A stretch of 59,933 nucleotides of DNA, the filler included, from Dugesia japonica (Eukaryota): assembly GCA_001938525.1 (NCBI GenBank). It is 6 parts of 6 records of this genome, joined end to end, with 100 filler letters (N's around TTAATTAATTAA, not from the genome) between each part and the next. Parts side by side here need not be neighbours in the genome. Positions count along the whole stretch, not along the records: positions 9,888 to 19,496 come from MQRL01558557.1; positions 19,597 to 29,039 come from MQRL01336052.1; 4 more parts are not named here. One strand, given 5' to 3'. How positions within the stretch are numbered: the stretch's first letter is position 1; each line of letters starts with the position of its first letter. Shown in pieces: positions 12,374-25,797 of the stretch. A model generated the notes under the pieces. That model ran no database searches. It was not told where the DNA came from and saw nothing but the letters and a program-made list of their open reading frames with translations. The translations under genes were made by a program, and so were the position numbers.

Positions 12374-14200
12374 TTATAGGGTATAGTGGCTATATGGTAC
12401 ACTATTATTTTTATTAACTCATACCCGCTTATCATCTCTGTTTGTCAGTGCTACTTTGTTTGACTTAATGCTATAAAATTGATGATTTTTGGTGGTTATC
12501 CTGATTCTTTCCATCAAGACCGATTTGTTTTCATTATAACAATCAAGGTAAGACTAATGAGAAATTTCTGCATTCTTCAATGTTATTTCTTTTGTTCTAA
12601 TACGTTTCTTATCACTTAGCATGCTTTAGCATTTCGACTTAAAAAATACCCATTCTTTATACTTCTTCTCTTTATTCTCATCTTTGAATTTCCCTATAAC
12701 TGAGTTATGCTGTTACTATAAAGGCTATGATCTTTATCATAATTTAAAGTATCAAGTAGCTGATATTTCACCAAACTTGCTGTTATTGTTTCTAAACGTA
12801 TATTTTTATTTCTAGAAAACATCTATTTGTATCGCAATATTAATTTTACCAGTATATTTCTTCCTGTACTTGTCCAACTCAATACACTAAAACTTGTTCA
12901 TTCTCAAGTTTGAGAGGTTAAGTACAATCATTCTATCTAAACAAACTATTTCCTTATTATGAATACCAGCTATCAAACCATCATCAATTTTTGTGGTTTT
13001 CTTAAAATCCGGCTTTTGATGTGTATGTAATCAATTTTTTCGTTGAATTACATAAACGCAGATCGATCTTAGTCTTTAAATTTATAGTGACTTTCCATAT
13101 AAACTGTTGTTTAACGGTTTCTAATAGTTTTTATCCAATTCCGTAAAACAATTTGATCTGAGAATTAAGTTGGTGTTGATATAATTCTCAAATATTGAAG
13201 CTTGACTGAATTTATGAACCTCTGTTACTTGAACGCCTAAACTTAAATACATTTGCTCCATACTCCAGTACACTACGTAATTGATCTTGGAGTAGTGGGT
13301 TAACATTAATTTCTTTACTTTTGAACCTGGAACGCTTCTATCTTCTGCTGCAACTGGTAAATCATTCATATAATTATATATTACTGTTGAAATCACTATT
13401 TCCACCTCTAGTGTGTAATGAGTCTAGTTCTGGATTCTTAGACTCTTCCAAAACGCTATCTAATTCGTCATTAAACCACTCAAAATTTATTTAGGTCAAC
13501 TTTAAACTCAGTGCCCAACCATATAGATTATTAATATCTATATACAACTAGTGGCAACATGATGCTTGTTTACAAATGTTATTTCTCCTCTTATACCTCA
13601 TTCAAAAAAGATATACATATTGTTATCTTGCATCAATTCAGTAGGGTTTTCAACGCAGATGCTCATGACATTCCTGGTATACCGAAAAAATTCAACGGTT
13701 CCCAATTGTTTGCCAAAGACTTTGCATGAAACTGCTGGAAAAAATCAGATAATAAATACACATTGAACTTTAAATATAAGATCATATAATCCAACAAATT
13801 TGTACAAGAAAATATTTCCCATATCGATAATGCTTTCTCATATTCTTCCTTATTAACTTCCTATAATTTTGGTGGCATTTGATTTGTATCTTCCAGAAGC
13901 TATAAGCTCGTTGCGAAACTGTACCGAAATATACCCTTTGACTTTGTAATAATCTGATTCTTAAATTCCTTTGTAGTCTAAGGTGTCGCTTTTAAGGATT
14001 TAACAACAGAGTTCAATGAGGAATTGATGAATTGATAGCTGTCGATGAATTTAAATTTTGTTTTATTTTGCCTTACAATTAAACATAGGAAGTTTTCTGA
14101 TGTTGTTGGGATGCAGGATATTGTCCAATATTTAAACTTACCATGCAGATCGTATCCTCGTAAATTACGAGTTTTGTTTTTTGATTAAGTGTAACATTTA
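12374..14200 (-). pseudogene. Protein-primed family B DNA polymerase (pPolB) pseudogene
   Basis: Minus-strand motifs in the expected order: NLRGYDLH, FIDSYQFINSSL, KGIFRY, GIRGEIT, YIDINNLYGWALS, NDLPVAAE..KL..K.NYV, KPLNNSLYGK, IGKFKDE, KVALTNRDDKR; multiple stops and frameshifts. Confidence 0.9.
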
Positions 14201-14429
14201 TTTCATTTACTATATTTTTAGATGTCATGTATTGATTTTTAGAATTGCTTTATAACGGAAATGTTTAACATACAAAGGTAAAATCTAACGATGCTACTTT
14301 CCACTGACCATCCATATAAATTGGATTTTGAAGCTCGACAATGAATTTATTAGCATTATTCTCCGGATTAATAAGAGGACAGCTATTACTCTGAAAACGT
14401 GTATAGAAATTACTTGATTTCATTTGAAT

Positions 14430-15330
14430 TTTCTTCCGGATTGATTATTTGTGATTATTTTTCGCATCCATGCAACTTTACATAGTATTGTTTATTCTTT
14501 CCTGTTACTTTTGATTTGATGATTTTTCCTATTCTATATATCTCTAGTGATGGAATAACGTGCACTTCTTGTTCATAGAATTTCTTTGCATAGTATTATC
14601 TTCATAATCTTTAATAACATGTATGACCGGATTTTGTTTAGTGTTTATTCTTTTATTTGAAACACTTCATCACTCCAATTACTATTTAAATTCTTATTAA
14701 ATGGTGAAGCTGATATTTTCGAGATTTTCACATAATCTTCAGCTTAATATTTGGGTTTTTTATTTGCTTTTGGTTGTTTTCGTGATAACCATAACTTTAA
14801 TTGATTGTTTGTACTTATATCAACCGGTTTTGCTCCATTTAATTCTTTATGTCCAGAATGACTATAACTATGAATTAGTTTCGGTAAAATATTTATTCAA
14901 GGCTTATTACCAACATGTACAAAGTACTTTTTTAATGCATTTCTTAATGTACGTTTAAATCTCTTTATATGTACAACTTTATACTGTAAGAATACACTAT
15001 AATGATTTATTGTTAGATGATTTATAAGCGGTTTCACCTTGGAATTATAAAATTCTTTAGCCAAATCTGTTTCTAAGTTATCTGAATGTCAATTTTTAAA
15101 CATTGACTTGATTGCTGGTTCTATATCATTAGCAAATTTTGATTTAACAGGAACAGCTCTTTTAAATCTACTGAATACATTGATAGATGTCAAAATAAGT
15201 AGGAAGATAGTAGCGCACTGAATCATCCCAGGGTGGAGGGTAGGTGATCTATGAATTTTGAGTGAGGTTTGAGTGATGTATGATTTTTTTAATTCATCAT
15301 TTTCAGTTTTTTCCGCTCTTTTTTGCAAGT
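14430..15330 (-). pseudogene. Polinton retroviral-like integrase with C-terminal chromodomain-like region, pseudogene
   Basis: INVFSRFKRAVPVKSK..LETDLAKEFYN..KRFKRTLRNALKKYF..LIHSY..H..P; then NWSDEVFQI, KFYEQEV and YRIGKIIK..QYYVKLHG. Confidence 0.85.
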
Positions 15331-15999
15331 TTTTTAAAGTTATTCAATTCCTTTTTCTTATTTGCATATGTTTTCTCATGGATTGTTTCCAATGAGATTT
15401 TTTTCTTATAAAATCTTTTTGTCTTTTTCTTCACAGCCGGTGTTTTTCGTTTTTAAGAACGCTATCAGTAACTGAATTAACTACAATTTTTTTTGCAATT
15501 TTTTATAATAATAAAAAATGTATCTATTCTGTTTATATACTGAAATACCATTATGGTTGAATATATCTGTTTTCACCCTATAATCATTTAGACATTGTTG
15601 TGCAAAGTCAAGAAATATGTTGCATCTTAAAATGATTCTATAAGGAAATAATTATTATTTAATATTTTTAGCCAATATTAAATAGAGTTAATTCAGTACT
15701 ATGTTTCAATCAGTTCTTTTGAATAATAATTATTTATAAATAACATAGTTTGTAGTAGTAAAATAAGTGATGTCTCAAAATATTAGTTTTCATTTGGAAA
15801 ATAAAATACCCATTGAAGATTTATCTAACGTGGTGGCAGCGGTAAATAGCGATTTCATTACAGATAGATTATTGCCGAAAGTCTTTTGCACAGGAGTTGA
15901 TATTGAGAAACTCATCAAGCCGCGTGAATTGTATTTTGAAGCTCAAAACATCACCCATGTGAAACAACAGGAGAGATTAGTCTCTTGTATGTTAGATGA

Positions 16000-17690
16000 A
16001 GATTTGTTGATAGAATATGCAAAGACATTGAATGGGACGTAGGTCACACACATCTGACAGGATAAAAAATAATCACAAGTGGTGAACCAATCAATGTCAA
16101 ACCGTATAGGCAACCAATGAACTTAGAATCTAAAATTGAAGAAGCTATCTAAAACCTTTTCGAGAATAATATTATCCAAAAATGCAAATCTCCATGGAAT
16201 ACCCCATTGATCTGTGTTTAGAAAAAACGAAACGAAAGACATAAGAATATGTTTGAATTTCAGACAATTGAATGTAGTAACGAAAAGAAAAGCTTTTTCT
16301 ATGCCTAATGTCAATGTAATGCTAAACAAATTAGATGGAGCCAAATATTTCAGTTCAATAGATTTGGGAAATGCATACTATCAAGTAGAGCTCGAAGAAG
16401 AATCTCAAGAAAAAACGGCGTTTTCAACAAAGTATGGAAAATGTTGTTTTAATAGAATGCCATTTGGCGTCACAGCGGCACCAGAGACATTTCAAGAGAT
16501 GATGACAAAAGTGGTAGGCGGCATAAATTGAGCCATGGTTTATCTTGAGATCAAGAATCTTAGAACAGTTGTGTAGTGGGCTAAGTAACAAAAAATTGGA
16601 ATGAATAGATGAAATAAACGATACCTTTGAAGGTCTAAAAATATCTCTAATGACTGCACCAATATTGTGTTTTTCAGACATAAACAAAGAATTTATATTA
16701 GATACAGATGCCAGTTTCGATACAATTGGAGCCGTATTGTCACAGAAAGATAAAAAAGGAAGAGAAAGAGTTGTTGCCTATGGATCACAGTCAATGACAA
16801 CTCATGAAAATGGCTACTGCATTACACGAAAGGAGTTATTGGCTGTTTATAAGATCTGTATACATTTCAAACATTACTTGTATGGTAGAAGATTTACTCT
16901 TAGAACAGATCACAAAGCTTTAACTTTCATGATGACGACGAAGAAACCAAATTCGTTGCAGTTTCAGACATTTATTAATCATCTGAGTAGTTTAGACATG
17001 GTTTTGGAATATAGAAAAGAAATTCAACATAGTAATGCAGATATATTATCTAGACCAAGATGTGAGGTATGTGTACAATGTCAAATGTTACATTAAGATG
17101 CCCAAAAAAAGGAAGATTAAGACGAGAATACTAAACATGATTGAAAAGGAAAAGGTAGAGTAATTAAACATTTCTGAGGACACAGAATTAATCAAGAAAA
17201 TAAAAATTTCGGAGGACAAAATACATAAGACAATAGAAGAAATACATAAATTATTATGTCATGCAGGAGTTGAGAAGGTGTATGAATACATGAGAAACAC
17301 ATACATTGCTAAGAATTTGTGGAGCCAAATACATAAGATAGTTCGTAGTTGAGAAATTTGTCAGAAGACCAAAGTAGTGACAACACCAACTAAAGAGAAG
17401 ACAAAGAGTTTAGAAGCTACCAATTTATTTGAAGTGATATTCACAGATATATGTGGGCCAATGTGGGAAACAAGTGAACGAAAAAAATAAATTCTTAGAA
17501 TAATCGACCAGTACAGTTAATATCTAGTTCTTATACCATTGCCCAGAAAAGACGAGGAAACAATACGAAAAGCTATTTTTGAAAAGTGGATATTGAGATT
17601 TAGATGTCCAATAGAAATAAGACTCGATTGTGGAAAAGCTTTTGAGAGAGTTTGCATTGAAGTTAGATATTAAACTTTGCTTTTTGAGTC
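16000..17690 (+). mobile_element. Ty3/Gypsy LTR-retrotransposon pol fragment (RT, RNase H, integrase), decayed, inside the Polinton
   Basis: PINVKPYR..SPWNTP; IRICLNFRQLN..FSSIDLGNAYYQ..KTAF..RMPFG (RT, cut at the YLDD region); FILDTDASFDTIGAVLSQ..RKELLA..RTDHKAL (RNase H); HKLLCHAG zinc finger and FTDICGP..IDQYS..IRLDCGKAF (integrase). Confidence 0.92.
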
Positions 17691-18180
17691 TAAGAAACAG
17701 TCTGTTATTTGGATATGCTTGTCTTGCTAGAAAATCAACAATAGTTTGATCTCTAGAATTTTTAAATAGTACCAAATATTGTACGTTTAAATTGTGGATT
17801 CTATGACTACCTCCTTGATGACATAGATTTTGAGTAATAAAAATTACAGTCACATTCCGATGTCTCGATATATTTATGAATAAATGATTAAAATCCTTTT
17901 CTTTAATAGCCTCCTGATACAGATCATCAACAACAATAACATTACTTGTTTTTAATCTTTTGTTCCAATTCTTTTCAAAACCATTTATAATTTTCATTTT
18001 AATATTACAAAATTCAGATTTAGTCAGTTCGTGCTTCTCATCTGCACCCCTATGCCAGTATATGTTTTTAAATTTGGACTTGAATAAATTCGATTTTAAT
18101 AACTGACATACAAACAAAGTTTTATCACTACCACTAGGTCCAACAATTGGATATACTGCATCATTTTTTAATCTCTTCAT
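17690..18180 (-). pseudogene. A32-like/FtsK-HerA DNA packaging ATPase of the Polinton, 3'-truncated
   Basis: IVGPSGSDKT (Walker A with G>D), IVVDDL (Walker B), SRHRNVTVIFITQNL, NVQYLVLFKNSRD; the C-terminal part of ORF 17524-18219 is antisense Gypsy sequence. Confidence 0.88.
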
Positions 18181-18324
18181 TTTGTTTTTTTCCTTTAATT
18201 TATTCGTAATATAATACAATGATTATAATTAATGGTTTGAACCAGAGTTATTTCTTGTCTAAGACTTTGTATATAAATGTGTTCTCAACAGAAAAACTAG
18301 TAATACTTGGACTTAAAAATTTGT

Positions 18325-19330
18325 ATTTGTATGACTGCCCCAATCTCTTACAAAAATATGAAGACTGTCCGAGTTCATACATTAATATAAAGTCTGCTCA
18401 AAAACAAAATACATCTATTTTTCATTAACCAATATTCTCACTTAATTTATCATTTTTTATTAAAATTCATCATTTTCAACCATCAACTACTTCACAGAAA
18501 AATTTGATTTAAATCTTATAATCACAGATTAATTCCCATTAAACCCAAATACCTTTCCCATGGAGGAAAATTTTTTTAATCACTTTATACTACTTACAAA
18601 CATCAATCAATCAAATTTAACATAAAAAGTCCAAAAATTATAGCTCATTCAACCATCACCATATTCCCCATTACATCATCTTTTTAACAAACCATCGCCA
18701 ATTTAAATACATTATCTATCAACAAATCTATTAAAAATTGATTTAAAATAATAGCTTTAATCAAAATAAAGTTTTTCTGAGATTGATATAATATTTCGAC
18801 CTTGTCTTTATCAGGAATTCACGAAGAAAAGGTAAAAATATTGAATCAATCTCAAAAAACAAAAAAAATATTTTGATCGAAGCTTTTATTTAAAATGAAT
18901 TCTAAAAAACGATCAATGATTACGCCCGACAATTATTCTTGCAATACTTGCAATTGTAAAACAAATCTATTAATGTTCAAATATCAACGCGTGATAAATC
19001 ATACAATTGTGCCAGTGCTTTACTACCCCTTGTAGACCAAACCATCCATCCTACCGCATAAGTCCTTTAGGCAATGTATAGACAGTATTTTATTTGCAAC
19101 ACACCCATATCATAAAACCAACAAAAAAGTGAAAATCAATAACTACACAACACGATCGATTACACTTACATATTTGCTCACACACCTCTAGGATCAAAAA
19201 TTTAATATTCAGATAAAAAAAATCCTCCGATCAAAATTATTTCAAGCCCAAAAATCTTAGAAAAAAACTTGCACAAAAAATACTACCACAAAATTCTAGC
19301 ACAATCCTAATCAGTTATCGAGCCACCCAA
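18325..19330 (-). repeat. Right terminal inverted repeat of the Polinton (interrupted by an insertion)
   Basis: Reverse complement of about 10266-11090; the extreme terminus is not clearly preserved. Confidence 0.85.
18735..18959. mobile_element. Short hammerhead-bearing retro-insertion with 14-bp target-site duplication
   Basis: Flanked by AACAAATCTATTAA (18721-18734 and 18960-18973) and absent from the matching left TIR; minus strand reads CTGATAA-A-GAC-AAG-GTC-GAAA. Confidence 0.75.
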
Positions 19331-19379
19331 AAAAAATATCATGATACTATTTTAAAATTTCACATTAAACTAAGAGAAT

Positions 19380-19496
19380 AGTAGATAGATAGTAGCAGTC
19401 CGCACCACGCACACATTCAGTAACCCCCTCCCCGCCGATTAGTGATGTAATTAGTGCGATTATCTGAAATTTGATAGTTAATCTATGATGTAATTA
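19380..19496 (+). mobile_element. Left terminus of a second Polinton-like family
   Basis: AGTAGATAGATAGTAGCAGTC..CACACATTCAGTAACCCCC..GATTAGTGATG; related to the reverse complement of 55610-55681. Confidence 0.55.
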
Positions 19497-19596
19497 NNNN
19501 NNNNNNNNNNNNNNNNNNNNNNNNNNNNNNNNNNNNNNNNTTAATTAATTAANNNNNNNNNNNNNNNNNNNNNNNNNNNNNNNNNNNNNNNNNNNN
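19497..19596. other. Artificial contig spacer
   Basis: 44N + TTAATTAATTAA + 44N. Confidence 0.95.
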
Positions 19597-19649
<53 letters not shown>

Positions 19650-22600
19650 TAATAATGATAATAATAATATCTAAATGGTAATAATAGTAACAAATACCAA
19701 CGCAATTATTAAATAACATAAAAGAAGTCAATCACACAGTGTTTAATGGCACAATTATCTTTCGATGAACATATATGATATTAAATTTGCATATACACAA
19801 TTCATAATTTCCGCTCATTGAAATCATCCATTTAAAACAAACAATATTACTTTATATTTACCTGATCTAACATAATATTTATTGAAACAAATTATTAATA
19901 AATTTATATTTGCTAAACATTTATTTTTAGGAATTTTTTAATTAATTTATCTATTAAATAAAATATTCATTAATTATAATAAATTTAGTAATATTATTTC
20001 AGTACATTAAAGTCTTTAATTTTATTTTAATTATTATGAGACTAAGTGCACAATTTAGAAAACAATCGATTCGATGTTTAAATACAAAACTTTTCCAGTT
20101 TTATACTTTTCTGAAAATGTAAAATTAGTAAACATTGTGATTTTTGCCAATGTATTTCTTAAGATTTTCCATTAGATAATCATCATTAAATTACCTTCAA
20201 TATAGAAATTTTTTTTTATTAAACTTTTATTAGTATTATTTTGATAAAATAAAAATACTTGACTGTCATTCCAAATAGAAGAAATTATTTTAATTGCTAT
20301 TCAATCATTTGCTATCAAAATGAAAAAAATATTTTTTATTTTAATATGTAATTTAAATTATGATACTTTAAGATTGGATTTTATTATTTCATCAATAAAC
20401 ACATATTATAAGAAATTGAATTTAATAATTAAATTTCATTAGTTTATATTACAATGAAAACCAATTTGACTAGGCCTCTTATTTCTTGTATACATGTATC
20501 GCTTTATCTAATTTAATGGAATTATATATAAATGTTAAGTAAAGCTTTTTCAGTAAAATAGTTATATCGTTAATTAGAAATAATTTCAGTTAAGTTTTAA
20601 TAATTAATACTTTAATTTTAATACAGTTATTACACTAACTAACCTTTTTCTTTACTTAATATTTCTCTTATTTTTACTTAACATTTATATCATAGCTAAA
20701 TTTAATATATTTATTACAAATTACATTAATGATTTCTTGTAAGCGAAATAAGTTTAAACATTTCAATTAATACAGTAAAATATTAATACTTTTTTTAATA
20801 TTTGGAGATGCTCATTATTAAAATCAAAGTAAATTATTTTTATTATTTCCTGATTTTGATATATTTTATTTTCATAATATTTTAAATAATCATTTCAAAA
20901 CTACTTTTTATTTTGAATACTTTACTACAAAATTACAAGTAATAAAACGATTCAATTTATATTGGAAACCTAAGTAAATTTTTATATTATTTGATGACAA
21001 CTAATAATAATAATAATAATAAAAATAATAATAATAATGAGAAAAATTAAGATTTTTATATTTAATCAATAATACATTTAATTGCATAAATTTTATCAAT
21101 AAGAAATATATTTAATTAACAATGCTTAAACACAATAGAAAACAAAAAAATGATATTAGTAATAAAAGTATTTGTAAATTCAAATTTATAAAAAATACAA
21201 TGATCGGTAAACTAAATTTCATTTAATAATTTATTTACCTATTTGTTTCAATTCAATTAACAGAAAATAACCAGTTATTTTTGTATCTTATCCGCAAATT
21301 TTATATTTTTATTGTTTCTATTATCATTTATATGACAATGAATATAAAATGCATTAATTTCTTTAATACCATCAAATATATTTTAATAATAAAATTTATC
21401 ATAAAAGAAATAAAAAAACAATGAACATTTCATTTGAATAGGTTATTATATTTAATAATAAATTTTTGTTTAAATTTACCATTTATTATTATATACATTA
21501 CAGAAAGAAAATTGTAAGCATAACATAATATACTAAATAAGTGTTGTGGACTATTCTAATTATATATTTTTGTATGAATTGTAGATTTACTGCTATTTAT
21601 ACCACTTTTCTTAATAATTTTATTTCATAATTATTACAAATTATAACTTGAAATCTGTTTGTTAAATAAAATAGTTCTGTGTATTTTTATGTTGGAAATT
21701 TTTAATATTTTTTCTAATTATTTTATTTTTATTTTACACATGTTTTCCAGAATTTCTATTAGTATTAATTATTGATTTATTCTTTATCTATGCATCTCGA
21801 CCTGAAAGTAAAATTATTTTAGGAGTTTCTTTAATTAAAATAATTATTTAAGAGGGTTATATTAAATTACTCAACAAATTTGTTTATCTTTTTTGATTGA
21901 TTTCGTTTCGGATTTATTTTTATAAAATTATTATTAATTGTCATGTTTACGTAAATTTTAAATCCATTAATATTATGCTGAAGTATTACAGTTTAGATTA
22001 TTTAACACATGTAAAATTTATCTAACACTGATATCATTTCTTCATTAACATTATAAATATTAAGCAATCAAATTTCAAAGAGTTACAAAAATTAGACTAT
22101 TCTCTAAGATTAACCTTTACCCAGCCGAATTTAAAATTAATAAAAAAAATTAACTAATCACCACTTGCAAACGATCTTATTAATAAACTCAACAAATATG
22201 TGAAATAAACCACCTCAAATTATAAAAGTCATCTTCCTTATCCACTTTAAACAAAAATAATTTAAATTTTGCGTCATAGATATAACTGATAGTCTACAAA
22301 ATAATATGATTTGATTTGACATTGAAATTCGTGAAAAGGTAAATAGTATATTAAAACATAATTCAAGAAAAATTGTTCTAATATTGTATTGAGATTTGAT
22401 TTAATTATAAATAAAGGCAATATATTTTAGAAATAATAAATATAAAAGAAGAAAATAAAATAAATTATACACTTACGATAAATCGAAGACAATATTGATT
22501 TAGTAAATAATCAATCGATTTTTAAAAATGAATTAATCAAGAAAGAGCTACCATTTTTAATTTAAAATCATTCATTAAATATAAATATTTTATTATAATA

Positions 22601-25600
22601 TAAATAATAAAACTATTTCATTTTACATATTGATTTATTTAAAACAAATTTACATGTAAGTATGTTTTCAATAAATTTTAATAATTTAAAGTTAATTAAT
22701 CAATTATTAAATAATGTTTGCAATTTTTATTAATAAATCAATAAAAATCTAATTCGTTCAATAAACGAATTTATAAATAAAATTCGATAGAATCTAATGC
22801 TTACATTTATCAATATTAAAACAGATTAATTTTATAATAATAATTTTTAGTAATTATAATTTATATTAATTTAACATCTTGAGGTTTCCTTTCGATATTG
22901 TTACATTTCACAATTGGCATTGATTTATTCAAAATCGACACTGTGGGAAAATGAAAATATTACTGATTAAATTAATATGAAATAGCTGTAGAAATAATGA
23001 TTGATGTTGATAAACAATCTGAGATTGTATTCCAGATATTCCATTTTTGATTGCTCATCAATAACTGATTTGTTCTGAAACGAAACTTTGAAAATTCCAA
23101 ATTGATTTTACTATTGTATTATTATTATTATTATTACTATTATTATACTTATTATTGATTATTGATTTAGTAATCATTTAAGAAATATATTCGTTTTAAC
23201 TTATTTTGGAGTCAAAAATAAAGGAAAACGTTGTTGATAAATTTCACGTGATTCGAGTGACTATATAAAAGCAATTATAAACTCACCGAAGGTCATTTAA
23301 CCATTATCAGTATCTCCTCACACGAAACATGAATCATTGTCAATGTAAAAGGTGCATGCACACATGCAACTCAAAATTTGATGCTTCAATCTGGCGACAT
23401 AATCGTGACTAATGTAGCATTGTCAATTTCGATTTCCTTATTATAAACAGTCTGTCTGCTACTCCGACTGTCTAACCAACACAACCATTCCTTTAAATCG
23501 AACTAAACTAGCAATCTCGTCGTATTTAATTTTCCATCGACTCCTTTCTCTGACAGCTACCAACGAATTAACTAGATATTGCCACGAAAAGCAAAGACTA
23601 TAAACGACAACAAATTTTAGATTTGCAGCTTAAGACGACTCATGAGACAAGTATCTTATGTAAGACAGCTGCCAATCACCGATCGTGGGTGGTTGACAGC
23701 ATTCATTCATCAACGAATAGTCTGCTGTGTTGATAAAAACCTGTTGTGTGACATCGTCGAACAGAGTTAGCCTCTATAGGGATTGTTTATTTACATGCCC
23801 CACCTCAAACAGACATCAGTCATCCTGCTGCCCAGTCACTGAACGATTTAACTGTTGCTTGAAAAAAGATTATTTTGGATCAGGCTAAGAAACAATACAA
23901 AATAATCTCATTCATAAATAGAAATTTAAATTATCTAAATTAAACCTCATTCCAACTCATTCCTAAAATAGAACATAATATTACTGCATTTATTTATTTA
24001 TTATAGACTGACTATCTAATGGTCGATATTGTGTGTTGTGGTGTAATATGAATAATTTATAAAAATTTTCCAATAAAAAATTTCATTGAATTACATTGAT
24101 CACTAAGTTTGACAATAATCAATTATTTATCATGAATTTGAAATAATAGTTTATATTTAAATTTGTAAATTTTTAATTATTGCCAAAGATTTATATTATT
24201 AATCTGGAAAAAATCAATTTACTAATTTTAATAAAAAAGAAAATGTAATGATTTAATAAAAATTTAGTTAAATTCAATAAATAATTAATTCAAATAAAAA
24301 TAATTTTTCTCTCTGTGTGAGTGTGATTTCTTTAGAAAAAATTTATTACTGAATATATGAAAGTTATAATATTAAGCTATATATAAAGTTATAATTAATA
24401 TTAAACCATTCAAATAAATATTAGAATTCAAACAAAATGACTAAAATGACCAGTTCCTTCAGAATATAGTTACAATTAAAACAAAATAAAATTTTAGCAA
24501 AATTTAAGTTAAAAATTCAAGATAATAAAAAAATAAAAATTTTTTAGAAACTAAAATTAAAAAATGAAAGAAATAGAATCATTTAGAAGAAAATGAATTT
24601 TTAATATAGAAAACAATTTTTTAATTATAGATATAGGTAATTATTTTAATTTGTTAATGAAAATGTTAAATCGCAACTTAATGATTTTGTTGATATCAGG
24701 AGATTTTTAATTTAGGTGCAAATAAATCCGAGAGATTCCCTTTCGATCAATAAAATGTATAACTAAAGAAGTATAATTAACTTGTTTGTTTTATTTTTTA
24801 AGTGTCTGAATTCCATCTAATTTCTATTGGTGCTCGAAGTTTAAAAATACAAAGAATGAAATGTAACACAACAAATTACATTTCAAAAAATTATTTAATC
24901 AAAGAAACGAACTCAAACAAAAAAACCAGGAAAAAAACAAATCATTGAAATTCTTGGAGATTTTAATTTCTTACTGGAAAATGCGCTGAATAGGCCTAAT
25001 TCAGTGAAAGATGACAACTGAAGTAAATGCAACCATGTAATAATGAGTATCGCGTCTCAGGATTAAAATAGTGGTTCAAACTCAAGTTATATATTTATTT
25101 TGAGTCAATTTAAAGGCAAAAAACTAGCAATATATTGTTCTATGTAGTTCTCACATACATGTGTGTATTTACCAGTTTAATGTAAAGCGTATTATATATG
25201 AAATGAGCATTTATAAAATTTAAAAATATGTTTATTGCTTTTATAATTAAAAATTAGTTATAAGATGTCGAATATTTAAATATTTAATTTGATGTTGGTT
25301 TGATCTAATTTATTTCTATTTATAATGAGATATATTTCAAATTTATTTTAATTTTTCTTTATTCTTCGCCTTATTTTAATTAATATTGTAGTGTAAAAGC
25401 AAAACAAGTAAATTATTCGTCTGAATATTTCTAATGTTTTATTATGCAAACGCATTGATTCTCGTTTGGAATTTCAAAAAAAAACAAGCAGAGACGTGAA
25501 AATTCATTGCGAAATAGCGTTTGCCGAGAGTCCTTGAAACATGAAGCAAAACTTTCCCACAACAGAAACAATATAAACAACAAATTTATTTTTGGTTTCT

Positions 25601-25797
25601 TTTAAAACTTAGACTTGAAAAGAACTTTAGTAAATACCCATTTAGGCTGGTCATATTTTTAAACCGTGGATGTAAACTTGTATTTTCAATTTTTATTGAT
25701 TTCTAAAAATATTGTACAACTTAATTTTATTCTAATAAAGCATTTTCATAATAAAATTACTTCATTAATGATGTTTTTCCTATTTAGCTATGATAGG

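Larger units (their letters stand above)
10216..19330 (-). mobile_element. Polinton/Maverick (adintovirus-like) endogenous element, decayed and internally deleted
   Basis: AGTAGGTAG terminus, long inverted repeats 10216-11090 / 18325-19330, and pPolB, integrase and packaging ATPase remnants on the minus strand. Confidence 0.88.

Noticed and set aside
17524-18219. Intact 231-aa ATPase gene
   Set aside because: Walker A is mutated (GSDKT) and the last ~55 residues come from the antisense strand of the Gypsy integrase.
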